From assembly GCA_905181725.1 (NCBI GenBank), contig CAJIYX010000016.1, positions 1,738 to 65,737 of the forward strand: DNA of 64,000 nt. Direction: 5' to 3'. Under the pieces are notes generated by a model. The model made no database searches, had not been told where the DNA came from, and saw only the letters and a program-made list of their open reading frames with translations. Shown piece by piece: positions 9,453-18,648 of this stretch; position 1 is the stretch's first letter, and each line of letters opens with the position of its first letter. The DNA comes from Alphaproteobacteria bacterium UBA830 (GTDB lineage: Bacteria > Pseudomonadota > Alphaproteobacteria > MPNO01 > UBA830). The translations under genes were made by a program, and so were the position numbers.

Positions 9453-10042
9453 TCAGCATCTCATCAAAAATTTACGGCGGCGCAACGATTGCCCTGGTTG
9501 GCCTGCTTGCCGCCTGCACGCAGCCCACCGGTCTCGTAAATGTCGCCTCCTCGCCGGCCGAGGACCGCTCGATCGAAACCCTGCGCGATGACACCGCGAT
9601 CACGTTCGATATCAACGAAATACTGCTCGGTGAGAAATACCGGGACCTGTTTGCCGAGATTTCGACCGACGCCTATGAGCGGGTTGTCCTGCTAACCGGC
9701 ACGGTCAAGTTCGCCCAGAACAAACGGCGCGCATCGGACCTGGTGCGCAGCGTCAAAGGCGTCAAACGGATCATCAATGAGCTGCAGGTCACCAGCGATT
9801 ACGGTATCAGCTCGGCCGCCAACGATTTGTGGATCGAAACCAAACTGAAGGTGCTGCTGCTTGGCACTAAAGGTATCCGGTCTATCAATTATCGGTGGCG
9901 GTCGATCAACGGCACCGTCTATGTGATCGGCGCCGGCCGCTCACAGCGGGAACTCAACACCGTGCTCGACGTGATCCGGAAGACAGAGCGGGTGAAAAAG
10001 GTCGTCAATCACGCCTGGGTGCGCCCGCCAAAGGCACTTTGA
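9449..10042 (+). CDS. BON-domain lipoprotein (DolP/YraP/OsmY-like)
   Basis: Lipobox LLAAC; two BON domains (DDTAIT...VLLTGTV; NDLWIETKLK...NGTVYVIG). Start set at TTG 9449 behind AAGGAG; the ORF track starts at 9416. Confidence 0.88.
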   Translation: MISISSKIYGGATIALVGLLAACTQPTGLVNVASSPAEDRSIETLRDDTAITFDINEILLGEKYRDLFAEISTDAYERVVLLTGTVKFAQNKRRASDLVRSVKGVKRIINELQVTSDYGISSAANDLWIETKLKVLLLGTKGIRSINYRWRSINGTVYVIGAGRSQRELNTVLDVIRKTERVKKVVNHAWVRPPKAL

Positions 10043-10078
10043 CGCACAACACGAACACCAATCAGAAGGAACGCATGA

Positions 10079-10780
10079 ATGGCGGATACGGAAACAGCGC
10101 TGATCGTCGGCGCGGGACAGGGGCTTAGCGCCTCGCTGGCGCGACTGTTTGCAGCAGAAGGTATGAATATCGCAATCGCGGCCCGCAATACCGGCAAGCT
10201 TGCCGGCCTGTGCAGCGACACGGGTGCTACGGCCTATGCCTGCGACGCCGTCGATGCCGGACAGGTCGACGCGCTTTTCGCCGCCGTGACCGCCGATATG
10301 GGGGAACCCGATGTCGTGGTCTATAACGCGTCGAACCGCGCCCGTGGGCCGATCCAGGATCTGGATCCCGAGGCCGTGCGCACGGCGATCGAAATCAGCT
10401 GTTTCGGCGGCTTCCTGGTCGCCCAGGCTGCGGCCAAGCAGATGATCGCCCGCAAACAGGGTACCATTCTCCTGACCGGTGCGTCGGCCAGCGTGAAGGG
10501 CTACCCAAACTCATCGTCCTTCGCGATGGGCAAGTTCGGCCTGCGCGGTCTGGCCCAGTCGCTGGCCCGCGAATTGCAGCCGCAGAACATTCACGTCGCC
10601 CATTTCGTGATCGACGGCGGGATCCTGCAGGGTCCGGACGACACCCGCGGCGCCGAGCGCGGTGAAGACGCCATGCTGCTGCCCGACGAGATCGCCAAGG
10701 ACTACCTGCATGTTCATCGTCAGCACCGGTCATCCTGGACATGGGAGCTCGAATTGCGGCCCTGGGTCGAAAAATTCTGA
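10079..10780 (+). CDS. Short-chain dehydrogenase/reductase
   Basis: ALIVGAGQGLS, VYNAS, TGASAS, FAMGKFGLRGLAQSLAREL, HVAHFVIDG. Confidence 0.92.
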   Translation: MADTETALIVGAGQGLSASLARLFAAEGMNIAIAARNTGKLAGLCSDTGATAYACDAVDAGQVDALFAAVTADMGEPDVVVYNASNRARGPIQDLDPEAVRTAIEISCFGGFLVAQAAAKQMIARKQGTILLTGASASVKGYPNSSSFAMGKFGLRGLAQSLARELQPQNIHVAHFVIDGGILQGPDDTRGAERGEDAMLLPDEIAKDYLHVHRQHRSSWTWELELRPWVEKF

Positions 10781-10836
10781 CGCGAAACTGTTTTTCATCA
10801 TCCCCGCATAGGTGTGGATTACGAAACATCCAAAAG

Positions 10837-10867
10837 AAAAAGGCCGGTCAATGACCGGCCTTTTTTT
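10837..10867. terminator. Bidirectional intrinsic terminator between the SDR gene and gapR
   Basis: AAAAAGGCCGGTCA-A-TGACCGGCCTTTTTTT: perfect stem with A/T tracts on both sides, between convergent genes. Confidence 0.9.
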
Positions 10868-10896
10868 ATCGGAGCGCCCGACGGTTATGCTGCCGA

Positions 10897-11163
10897 TTAC
10901 TCGGCGGCAAGCGGCCGCTCGAGCATGCCAAGTGCTGACAGATACGTATCGAGCAGGAATTCGGCTTCCTGACGGTCATTTTCTTCCATTTTGCGCAGGC
11001 TGATCACCTTGCGCATGGTCTTCACGTCGAAACCGGTGCCCTTGGCCTCGGAATAGATTTCCTTGATATCGGCCAAAAGGGCCGCTTTTTCCTCTTCGAG
11101 CCGTTCGATCCGCTCGATAAATGATTTCAGCCGATCCTGCGCTACCGGGCCACCTTCAGACAT
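10897..11163 (-). CDS. gapR: Nucleoid-associated protein GapR (DUF2312/UPF0335)
   Basis: DRLKSFIERIERLEEEKAALLADIKEIYSEAKGTGFDVK...LLDTYLSALGM, the GapR signature. Confidence 0.93.
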   Translation of the reverse strand: MSEGGPVAQDRLKSFIERIERLEEEKAALLADIKEIYSEAKGTGFDVKTMRKVISLRKMEENDRQEAEFLLDTYLSALGMLERPLAAE

Positions 11164-11247
11164 TAGAACTCTCCCACTCTGTCCCGTTTGATGTGTTGGC
11201 GACTGTAGGAGAGGGTCTGCGAATCGGGAAGAAAGTCGCGGCTCAGG

Positions 11248-11256
11248 TTATCCACA
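11248..11256 (+). promoter_or_regulatory. Perfect DnaA box upstream of gapR
   Basis: TTATCCACA at 11248-11256, about 85 bp upstream of the gapR start in the intergenic region. Confidence 0.5.
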
Positions 11257-11312
11257 GAAGTGCATTTTTCAGGGGAAAACTCAGCGTATCCGGCCGATTT
11301 CCTCCGACCGGG

Positions 11313-11609
11313 TCAGTGTCCCTTATTCGCTGCGGTAAACTGGGCCTTCTGTTCCGGCGTTGCGTCCGCCTGATACTTGTCGCGCCATTCGCCGAAAGGC
11401 ATGCCGTAGACAATCTCCCGGGCTGCATCCTTGTCCATATCGATGCCCTTTCCGTTCGCGGCTTCCTGGTACCAGCGGCTGAGGCAGTTACGGCAGAATC
11501 CCGACAGGTTCATCAGATCGATGTTCTGCACGTCGGTACGTTCACGCAGATGATCGACGAGGCTGCGGAAAGCGGCGGCTTCTAGCTCGAGACGGGTCTG
11601 GTCATCCAT
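11313..11609 (-). CDS. DUF1244 family protein
   Basis: ELEAAAFRSLVDHLRERTDVQNIDLMNLSGFCRNCLSRWY...REIVYGMPFGEW; start at ATG 11609. Confidence 0.9.
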   Translation of the reverse strand: MDDQTRLELEAAAFRSLVDHLRERTDVQNIDLMNLSGFCRNCLSRWYQEAANGKGIDMDKDAAREIVYGMPFGEWRDKYQADATPEQKAQFTAANKGH

Positions 11610-11722
11610 GGTCTGTTTCCTCCGTGACGGTGTGTGAAGTTGATATAGGGCGGATTGCCGCCACATGCAAAACCGGATTCACCCGTTGGAGGCATCGCCG
11701 TCAGACGATATAAGGCGGTACC

Positions 11723-12643
11723 ATGTCTCTGTCCCCCTCCTCCACCGATGGCCGGCTACGCATTGAACGCATCGCGATACTTGCCCTGTTCATCGGCGCC
11801 ATCACGATCGCGTTTGCGCCCATCCTGGTGCGGCTGAGCGAAGTAGGACCGTCGGCAACCGGGTTTCACCGCTTTCTGCTGGCGATCCCGCTCTACTGGG
11901 CGATTGCCGCGACCCTGCCGCGCCCGGCGCTAGCCGAAGGATCCGAACGCCCCGGGACGGTAAGGGATTTCGTGCTCATCGCCATGGCCGGGGTGTATCT
12001 CGCCGCCGATGTCGCGGTCTGGCATTATTCGATCCAGATGACCACGGTTGCGAATTCGACCCTGCTCGCCAATGTCGCCCCGGTCTTCGTCGTTCTGGGC
12101 GGCTGGCTGCTGTTCCGGACCCGGGTGACGGGCACCTACCTGATCGGGCTTGCCGCGGCCATGACCGGCGTGTTCATTCTGTCGCGGGCCAGCCTGTCGC
12201 TCAGCCAGGATCATTTTATCGGCGACCTGCTCGGCATCCTAACTGCCGTCTTTTATGCCGCCTACCAGATGTCGGTCGAACGCCTGCGTAAGCGATTTTC
12301 TACGGTCACGATTATGAAATACGCCATCCCCGTCAGCGCGCTGGTCATGCTGCCCGTCGCCCTCGCCAGCGGCGAAGACCTGCTGCCGGTCACGCTCGCG
12401 GGCTGGGGGTTCCTGATCGCACTGGCCGCCGGGCCGCAGGTATTCGGCCAGGGGCTGATCGCCTGGGCGCTGGCGCATCTGCCCGTGGCGTTTGCCTCGG
12501 TCAGCCTGCTGGTGCAACCGGTGACAGCCGCACTTGTCGCCTGGGCCCTGTTCGGCGAGCATATCGGCCTGCAGCAGGGTATCGGCGCAGTGATTGTGCT
12601 GGGCGGTATCATGCTGGCCCGACGCGGAAGTATCCGACGATGA
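11723..12643 (+). CDS. EamA/DMT family transporter
   Basis: About 10 hydrophobic segments in two EamA repeats (TTVANSTLLAN...; GQGLIAWAL...QPVTAA). Confidence 0.9.
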   Translation: MSLSPSSTDGRLRIERIAILALFIGAITIAFAPILVRLSEVGPSATGFHRFLLAIPLYWAIAATLPRPALAEGSERPGTVRDFVLIAMAGVYLAADVAVWHYSIQMTTVANSTLLANVAPVFVVLGGWLLFRTRVTGTYLIGLAAAMTGVFILSRASLSLSQDHFIGDLLGILTAVFYAAYQMSVERLRKRFSTVTIMKYAIPVSALVMLPVALASGEDLLPVTLAGWGFLIALAAGPQVFGQGLIAWALAHLPVAFASVSLLVQPVTAALVAWALFGEHIGLQQGIGAVIVLGGIMLARRGSIRR

Positions 12644-13944
12644 ACGCCGCGGAGATGAACACGGTGCCCGAACGCGACACGCTGCGCCGTCTGTTCGATG
12701 CTGCTGTGACCGCCGCCAATCCGGCGGCTGTCATGGCGCCGCACCTGCCGGACCCGCCGCCGGGCCGCACGCTGGTTCTCGCCGCGGGCAAAGCTGCCGC
12801 CTCCATGGCACATGCGGTCGAGCAGCACTGGCCCGGAGATATCAGCCACCTTACCGGACTTGCCGTCACCCGCTATGGCCATGGCATGGCCTGCGCCCGG
12901 ATAGAAATTATCGAGGCGGGACACCCCCTGCCCGATGCCGCGGGACACGCGGCGGCACAACGGTTTCTGGAACTTGCGCATTCACTGACCGCGAACGATC
13001 TACTTCTGTGCCTGATGTCGGGTGGCGCATCCGCCCTGCTGGTTGAACCAACAGTGGGTCTGTCACTGGATGATAAGCAGGCCGTCAGCCGCGCGTTGCT
13101 GCATTCCGGCGCCCCTATCGACGAGATGAACTGCGTGCGCAAACACCTGTCGGCGATCAAGGGCGGGCGTCTTGCGGCGGCCGCACACCCGGCGCGTGTG
13201 GTGACGCTGGCGATCTCCGACGTCCCGGGAGACGATCCCGCCGTGATCGGCTCAGGCCCCACGGTAGGCGATCCGACAACCTGCGCGGATGCACTTGCCA
13301 TTGCCGCGCTGCGCGGAATTGCACTCCCCGCAACCGCGGCCTCGGCACTCTCCGCCGGCGTATGGGAATCCATCAAACCCGATAACCCGGTGCTCGCAAG
13401 CGGTACATTCCGGATGATCGCGCAATCCGCCGATGCCCAAACCGCAGCAGCGGAAACGGCGCGGGACGCCGGTCTTGCGCCCACCCAGCTGGGCGACGAC
13501 CTCGAAGGCGAAGCGCGCGATGTGGCCACCGGTCATGCACGGCTTGCGCTGGCGGCCGATCCGGGCGTCATCCTTCTTTCAGGCGGGGAAACCACGGTAA
13601 CGGTCGATACATCTGCCGGACCGCCCGGGCGTGGCGGGCGGAATTGCGAATATCTGCTGGCGCTGGCAATCGCCCTGGACGGCGCGCACGGTATTCACGC
13701 GCTAGCCTGCGACACCGACGGGATCGACGGCACCGAAGATGCGGCCGGCGCGTTTATCGGCCCGGAGACGCTGACCCGCGCGGCGGCGCTCGGTCTGGAT
13801 GCACATGCCATGCTGCACGACCACGACAGCTACACATTCTTCGACCGCCTCGACGATCTGATCGTCACCGGGCCGACCCGGACCAACGTGAACGACTTCC
13901 GCGCAATCCTCGTAACCAGCACTTTCGGCGGTAGCGCAGTATGA
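12640..13944 (+). CDS. Glycerate 2-kinase (class II, MOFRL/TtuD family)
   Basis: AAGKAAASMA, EAGHPLPD, SGGASAL, RKHLSAIKGG, SDVPGDD, SGGETTV, GGRNCE, DTDGIDG, TRTNVNDFR; ATGA overlap with the DMT gene. Confidence 0.93.
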   Translation: MNAAEMNTVPERDTLRRLFDAAVTAANPAAVMAPHLPDPPPGRTLVLAAGKAAASMAHAVEQHWPGDISHLTGLAVTRYGHGMACARIEIIEAGHPLPDAAGHAAAQRFLELAHSLTANDLLLCLMSGGASALLVEPTVGLSLDDKQAVSRALLHSGAPIDEMNCVRKHLSAIKGGRLAAAAHPARVVTLAISDVPGDDPAVIGSGPTVGDPTTCADALAIAALRGIALPATAASALSAGVWESIKPDNPVLASGTFRMIAQSADAQTAAAETARDAGLAPTQLGDDLEGEARDVATGHARLALAADPGVILLSGGETTVTVDTSAGPPGRGGRNCEYLLALAIALDGAHGIHALACDTDGIDGTEDAAGAFIGPETLTRAAALGLDAHAMLHDHDSYTFFDRLDDLIVTGPTRTNVNDFRAILVTSTFGGSAV

Positions 13945-13966
13945 TCCGCTGTTCTATAAATCGGTT

Positions 13967-15385
13967 ATGAAACGTAACCGCCGCGCAAAAATCGTTGCGA
14001 CGCTTGGACCCGCAACCAATAACGCCGCGGAAATCGAAAAACTGTTAGAAACCGGCGCCGACGTCTTCCGGCTCAATTTCAGCCACGGCGAACATGGCGA
14101 GCACAAAGCCCGGCTGGACGCGATCCGCGCTGCCGAAAAGAAGTTCGATCGCCCGATCGCTATCCTCGCCGACCTTCAGGGTCCCAAGCTCCGCGTCGGC
14201 ATCATGGCGGATGGCGGCGTCATGCTCGAACAGGGGCAGGTTTTCCGCCTCGACCTGGACGAGGCCACGGGCGATGCAAACCGCGCGCCGCTGCCGCATC
14301 CCGAGATTTTTGCCGCGCTGAGGGAAAACACCGAACTGCTGCTGGATGACGGGAAAATCCGCCTGCGCGTGACCGAGGCCGGCGACGGGTTCGCCAAAAC
14401 GGTCGTCGAAGCCGGCGGCCGCCTCAGCGACCGGAAGGGCGTCAACGTCCCGAAGGCTGTTCTTCCCCTGGCGGCGATGACCGAAAAGGACCGTACCGAT
14501 CTGGACTTTGCGTTGTCGATCGGCGTCGACTGGGTCGCGCTGTCCTTTGTGCAGCGCCCCGAAGACGTCGCGGAAGCCCGGAAGATTATCCAAGGCCGCG
14601 CCGCCGTGCTCTCGAAACTGGAAAAACCGGCGGCGATCGACCGACTGGACGAGATTATCACCCTGTCGGACGCGGTCATGGTGGCACGCGGCGATCTGGG
14701 CGTCGAATTGCCGCCCGAAGATGTACCGAGCCTTCAGAAACAGATCATCCGACGCTGCCGCGAGGCCGGCAAACCAGTCGTCGTCGCAACACAGATGCTG
14801 GAATCGATGATCTCGGCCCCCGCACCGACCCGGGCCGAAGCGTCCGACGTCGCCACCGCAATCTACGATGGTGCCGATGCCGTCATGCTGTCCGCCGAAA
14901 CCGCTGCCGGCCAGTATCCGTTCGAAGCAGTTGCCATCATGGACCGTATCATTGCCCGGGTGGAACGCGACGAAGCGTACCGTGCAATCATGGAGACCAG
15001 CCACCCGGAGCCGGAACGCACAGCACCGGACGCCATCACCGCCGCCGCGCGACAGGTGGCAGAGACCATCGGCGCCGCCGCCATCGTCACCTATACGACA
15101 TCGGGATCAACCACCCTGCGCGCCGCGCGCGAACGCCCGGTTGTGCCGATTTTGTGTCTGACCGAAAGCACGGCGACGGCGCGTCGTCTCGTGCTGGCCT
15201 GGGGTGTCCACAGTGTAATCACCCGGGATGTTCACAATTTTTCCGACATGATCGAAAAAGCCTGCCGCATCGCGCTCAGCGAAGAGCTCGCCAAAAAAGG
15301 CGACCGGCTTGTGGTGACCGCGGGTGTGCCGTTCGGCACGCCGGGGGCAACAAATATCCTGCGGATTGCCTGGGTCGGGGATTAG
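13967..15385 (+). CDS. pyk: Pyruvate kinase
   Basis: KIVATLGPA, FRLNFSHG, DLQGPKLR, ALSFVQ, MVARGDLGVE, ATQMLESM, RAEASDV, VMLSAETA. Confidence 0.98.
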   Translation: MKRNRRAKIVATLGPATNNAAEIEKLLETGADVFRLNFSHGEHGEHKARLDAIRAAEKKFDRPIAILADLQGPKLRVGIMADGGVMLEQGQVFRLDLDEATGDANRAPLPHPEIFAALRENTELLLDDGKIRLRVTEAGDGFAKTVVEAGGRLSDRKGVNVPKAVLPLAAMTEKDRTDLDFALSIGVDWVALSFVQRPEDVAEARKIIQGRAAVLSKLEKPAAIDRLDEIITLSDAVMVARGDLGVELPPEDVPSLQKQIIRRCREAGKPVVVATQMLESMISAPAPTRAEASDVATAIYDGADAVMLSAETAAGQYPFEAVAIMDRIIARVERDEAYRAIMETSHPEPERTAPDAITAAARQVAETIGAAAIVTYTTSGSTTLRAARERPVVPILCLTESTATARRLVLAWGVHSVITRDVHNFSDMIEKACRIALSEELAKKGDRLVVTAGVPFGTPGATNILRIAWVGD

Positions 15386-15407
15386 TCGGGGATTATTCGG
15401 GGACTAA
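15375..15407. repeat. Triple 11-bp tandem repeat spanning the pyk and TPR stop codons
   Basis: TCGGGGATTAG-TCGGGGATTAT-TCGGGGACTAA, followed by ATCCCC (reverse complement of GGGGAT). Confidence 0.75.
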
Positions 15408-15958
15408 ATCCCCTTACCGCGAATTTTTTCCCGCAGCTCGCGGATATGGGTTTCGGCGCCCGGCAGGTACGGGTGCACCCGCATCGCCGCTTCGAACGCC
15501 TTGAGTGCTTCACGTTCGCGATCGAGCGATAGATTTATCAGGGCCATGCCCGACAGCGCACCAAAATGGCGGGGCTCCAGCGTCAGGGTCTTCTGGATAT
15601 CGATCACCGATGCATCGAACCGTCCCAGCAGATAGTTCACAGTCGCGCGCTTGTTCCAGCCCTCGGCGAAGTCGGGCAGCGCTTCAATCACCCGGGTGAA
15701 ATGTTCGAGCGCCGCCTCGTTGTCGCTCACCTCCAATGCCTGCAGGCCGCGTAGCATATTAGCGTCCACCGCCCCATTGCCCGACAGCAGCCAAATCTTC
15801 CAGATCGTCTGTTCGATGGGTGCAGCATCTTCCGGGGTCTCCGCGTTGGCCAGCTCGGCAAAAAGCGTCTCCAGCCGCGGGTCGTTCTGCGCGCCCTGAA
15901 CCGGCACGACAAATACGAGTGTGGCGGCTGTCGCCAGCCAGTGCATAAAGTTTCTCAT
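15404..15958 (-). CDS. Exported tetratricopeptide repeat protein
   Basis: Signal peptide (MRNFMHWLATAATLVFVVPVQGA); TPRs PDFAEGWNKRATVNYLLG...EPRHFGALSGMALI. Start set at 15958. Confidence 0.88.
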   Translation of the reverse strand: MRNFMHWLATAATLVFVVPVQGAQNDPRLETLFAELANAETPEDAAPIEQTIWKIWLLSGNGAVDANMLRGLQALEVSDNEAALEHFTRVIEALPDFAEGWNKRATVNYLLGRFDASVIDIQKTLTLEPRHFGALSGMALINLSLDREREALKAFEAAMRVHPYLPGAETHIRELREKIRGKGI

Positions 15959-16058
15959 CGCTCGTCTGCCATCTTTTCCGTTAATCCGAACACAGTATTG
16001 GCCCGCATCGGACCGGGCACGGCTTTGGCCCGGACCCAGCGCTAACCCAGTCTCTGCA

Positions 16059-17393
16059 CTAACCAAGACCCCGGGGCGCCGGGCCGCCCGTTGCCCAATC
16101 CAGCAATTCCACCGTGTGCACCACCGGCGCATCGACCGCGTCCTGCAGCTGCATCATACAGCCGATATTGCCGGTCGCGATCACATCAGGTGTGGTGCGG
16201 GCAATATTGTCGGCCTTGCGGTCGCGCAGCTGGTTCGCGATTTCCGGCTGAAGCATGTTGTAGGCACCGGCCGACCCACAACACAGGTGCGCTTCACGCG
16301 GCTCGACGACCGTAAAGCCCGCCGCCGCCAGAAGAGCTTTGGGCGCGGTTCTGACCTTCTGGCCGTGCTGCAATGAACAGGCGCTGTGATAGGTCACGTT
16401 TAAATCCCCCGGCACATTCCCGGGCATATCCCCCGTCATATCTGTCGCGCCAGCCTCGTCCGGCATGCCGGTTTCGGCGAGAAATTCAGATATGTCGCGG
16501 GTCAGTGCGCTGATGTTTTTCGCCGCATCTGCAAGATTAGGATCGTTTCGGAGCATAAAACCGTAATCCTTTACCGTCGTCCCGCAACCAGATGCATTGA
16601 TCACGATTGCATCAACGGGTTCGGATTCATGCTCCCGCATCCAGGCACGGACATTTGCGCGGACTGCTTCGAATGCCAGATCTTCCTTGCCGAGATGATG
16701 GGTCAGCGCACCGCAGCAACCGGAACCGTCCGCTACAACGACCTCATGCCCGAGCCGGGTCAGCAGACGCACCGTTGCCTCGTTGATCCGTGCGGCAAGC
16801 ACCTGCTGGACGCAACCGGGCATCAGAAGAACACGTTTTTTGCGTTGCCCTTCGGCCGCCCAGACGATGCGCCCGTCCGGCAGCGGTGCCGACATCGGGG
16901 AGGATGGGGACGACGATGGCACGAGTGCCAGCATCGCCCGCAGCCGGCCCGGCATCAGCGGCGCAAACAGTTTGCCGATTACCGCTATCCGCATCAGCGC
17001 GCGGAACCGGCGCGGATACGGCATCACGGCAGCCAGAATATTGCGCATAAGGCGATCGAATAGCGGCCGCTTGTGGGTCTCTTCAATATGCACCCGGGCA
17101 TGATCGACCAGGTGCATGTAGTTCACCCCCGACGGACAGGTCGTCATACAGGACAGGCAGGACAGGCACCGGTCGACATGTTTCACGATTTTTTCGCTTG
17201 CCGGCCGGTCGTTCTCCAGCATGTCCTTGATCAGGTAGATCCGCCCGCGCGGCGAATCCAGCTCGTCGCCGAGCAGCGCGTAGGTCGGACAGGTCGCGTT
17301 ACAGAACCCGCAATGAACACAGGCGCGCAGAATTTTCTCCGATTCAGCTGTCGCTGGATCGGCAAGCTGGGCGAGCGAGAATTTTGTTTCCAT
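16059..17393 (-). CDS. glcF: Glycolate oxidase iron-sulfur subunit
   Basis: CVHCGFCNATCPT, DSPRGRIYL, CLSCLSCMTTCPSGV, CCG domains (CCGAL; CCGSAGAYN). Confidence 0.95.
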   Translation of the reverse strand: METKFSLAQLADPATAESEKILRACVHCGFCNATCPTYALLGDELDSPRGRIYLIKDMLENDRPASEKIVKHVDRCLSCLSCMTTCPSGVNYMHLVDHARVHIEETHKRPLFDRLMRNILAAVMPYPRRFRALMRIAVIGKLFAPLMPGRLRAMLALVPSSSPSSPMSAPLPDGRIVWAAEGQRKKRVLLMPGCVQQVLAARINEATVRLLTRLGHEVVVADGSGCCGALTHHLGKEDLAFEAVRANVRAWMREHESEPVDAIVINASGCGTTVKDYGFMLRNDPNLADAAKNISALTRDISEFLAETGMPDEAGATDMTGDMPGNVPGDLNVTYHSACSLQHGQKVRTAPKALLAAAGFTVVEPREAHLCCGSAGAYNMLQPEIANQLRDRKADNIARTTPDVIATGNIGCMMQLQDAVDAPVVHTVELLDWATGGPAPRGLG

Positions 17394-17395
17394 GC

Positions 17396-18640
17396 TCAGA
17401 TACCGTCGAACATGCGGCCGGGATTGAGGATGCGTTCCGGATCGAAGGCCTCCTTGATATTCCGGGTCAGACGCTCGACGCCGGCGGTCTCCGGATGGAA
17501 CACCGGCTCGACGGCACGCTGGTCGTCACGCGCTCGCACCAGCAGGGCATGACCGCCGGTAGACACCATCGCCCGGCGGATCACGTAGGAACCCGCATCC
17601 ACCATCCCTGTAACCCGCGCCCAGATCAGCCCGCCACCCCAATCGAGAAAGGCATCCATCTCAAGCCCGGCGTGAAGCCATCCAAGCAAACCGAGCGCTT
17701 CAGCCGGCGGTACGGAAATCCGCCAGATGGCGTCATCACCGCTATTCGCAACCGCGTGGAGTCCCCCGCCAAGGAGCCGGACATCACGGATCTCGCTCCA
17801 GAGTTTGAGGGAGTTGTGGGTATGCAGCTCCTCGATCTCGCCAAATTCGGACAGCTCGTCACGCAGGGCGTCACAGCGGGCATCGACCGAAGAGCCGATC
17901 CCCTCGACACGGACCGCCGCCAGCGCAGTATGTGCGGCGGCAACGTAGGAGATACCCGACCGGGCAGCGGCGGGCGCTGGCATCCAGGCCGCCGCCGAAA
18001 CGTCATGCGGGCTTGAAAGCGCGCGGGTCATGGCATCGATGGCGGTTCCGGCATCCGCGCAGGAAATCAGGACCGTCCGCGTCTTTTCGGGTGCCGGCAG
18101 AACTTTCACCGTTACCTGGGTCATCACGCCGAGCGTACCCCAAGACCCTGCCATCAGTTTGCACAGATCGTAGCCGGTAACATTCTTCACCACGCGCCCG
18201 CCGGATTTAAACACTTCGCCGCGGCCGGAGACGGCTTCAACGCCGAGAAAATGATCACGGGCCGCTCCTGCCTTGATCCGCCTCGGGCCCCCCAGGTTCC
18301 CGGCGACGATACCGCCGATTGTCCCCTCACCCGCTGCGCCGCCCAGAAGCGGTCCGTAATCCGGCGGCTCGAAAGCGAGCATCTGACCATGCTGATCAAG
18401 CTGCAGCTGAATCTGGTTCATCGGCGTACCGGGACCTGCGCGCAACACCAGTTCGTCCGGCTCATAGAGCGAGACGCCCGAAAGCCGCGCGGTGCTCAGC
18501 ACATATTTCAGATCGACGGCCCTGCCAATCGCACGTTTGGAACCCGTACCGGCAATTTCGAGCGGCGTCTTGCTGGCCAGCGCATCGGCGACGATGGCGC
18601 GGACTTCTTCCGTCGTCTCGGGGTCGAATTTTTCAGGCAT
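17396..18640 (-). CDS. glcE: Glycolate oxidase FAD-binding subunit
   Basis: YEPDELV...MLAFEPP, GTIGG, GPRR...ARDHFLG, KSGGRVVKNVTGYDLCKLMAGSWGTLG, FDPERILNPGR. Start set at MPEKFDP. Confidence 0.93.
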   Translation of the reverse strand: MPEKFDPETTEEVRAIVADALASKTPLEIAGTGSKRAIGRAVDLKYVLSTARLSGVSLYEPDELVLRAGPGTPMNQIQLQLDQHGQMLAFEPPDYGPLLGGAAGEGTIGGIVAGNLGGPRRIKAGAARDHFLGVEAVSGRGEVFKSGGRVVKNVTGYDLCKLMAGSWGTLGVMTQVTVKVLPAPEKTRTVLISCADAGTAIDAMTRALSSPHDVSAAAWMPAPAAARSGISYVAAAHTALAAVRVEGIGSSVDARCDALRDELSEFGEIEELHTHNSLKLWSEIRDVRLLGGGLHAVANSGDDAIWRISVPPAEALGLLGWLHAGLEMDAFLDWGGGLIWARVTGMVDAGSYVIRRAMVSTGGHALLVRARDDQRAVEPVFHPETAGVERLTRNIKEAFDPERILNPGRMFDGI

Positions 18641-18648
18641 AGGTGCGT

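Noticed and set aside
10813-11256. Replication origin
   Set aside because: Only two dispersed DnaA-like boxes, no AT-rich unwinding region, and none of the usual origin-flanking genes.
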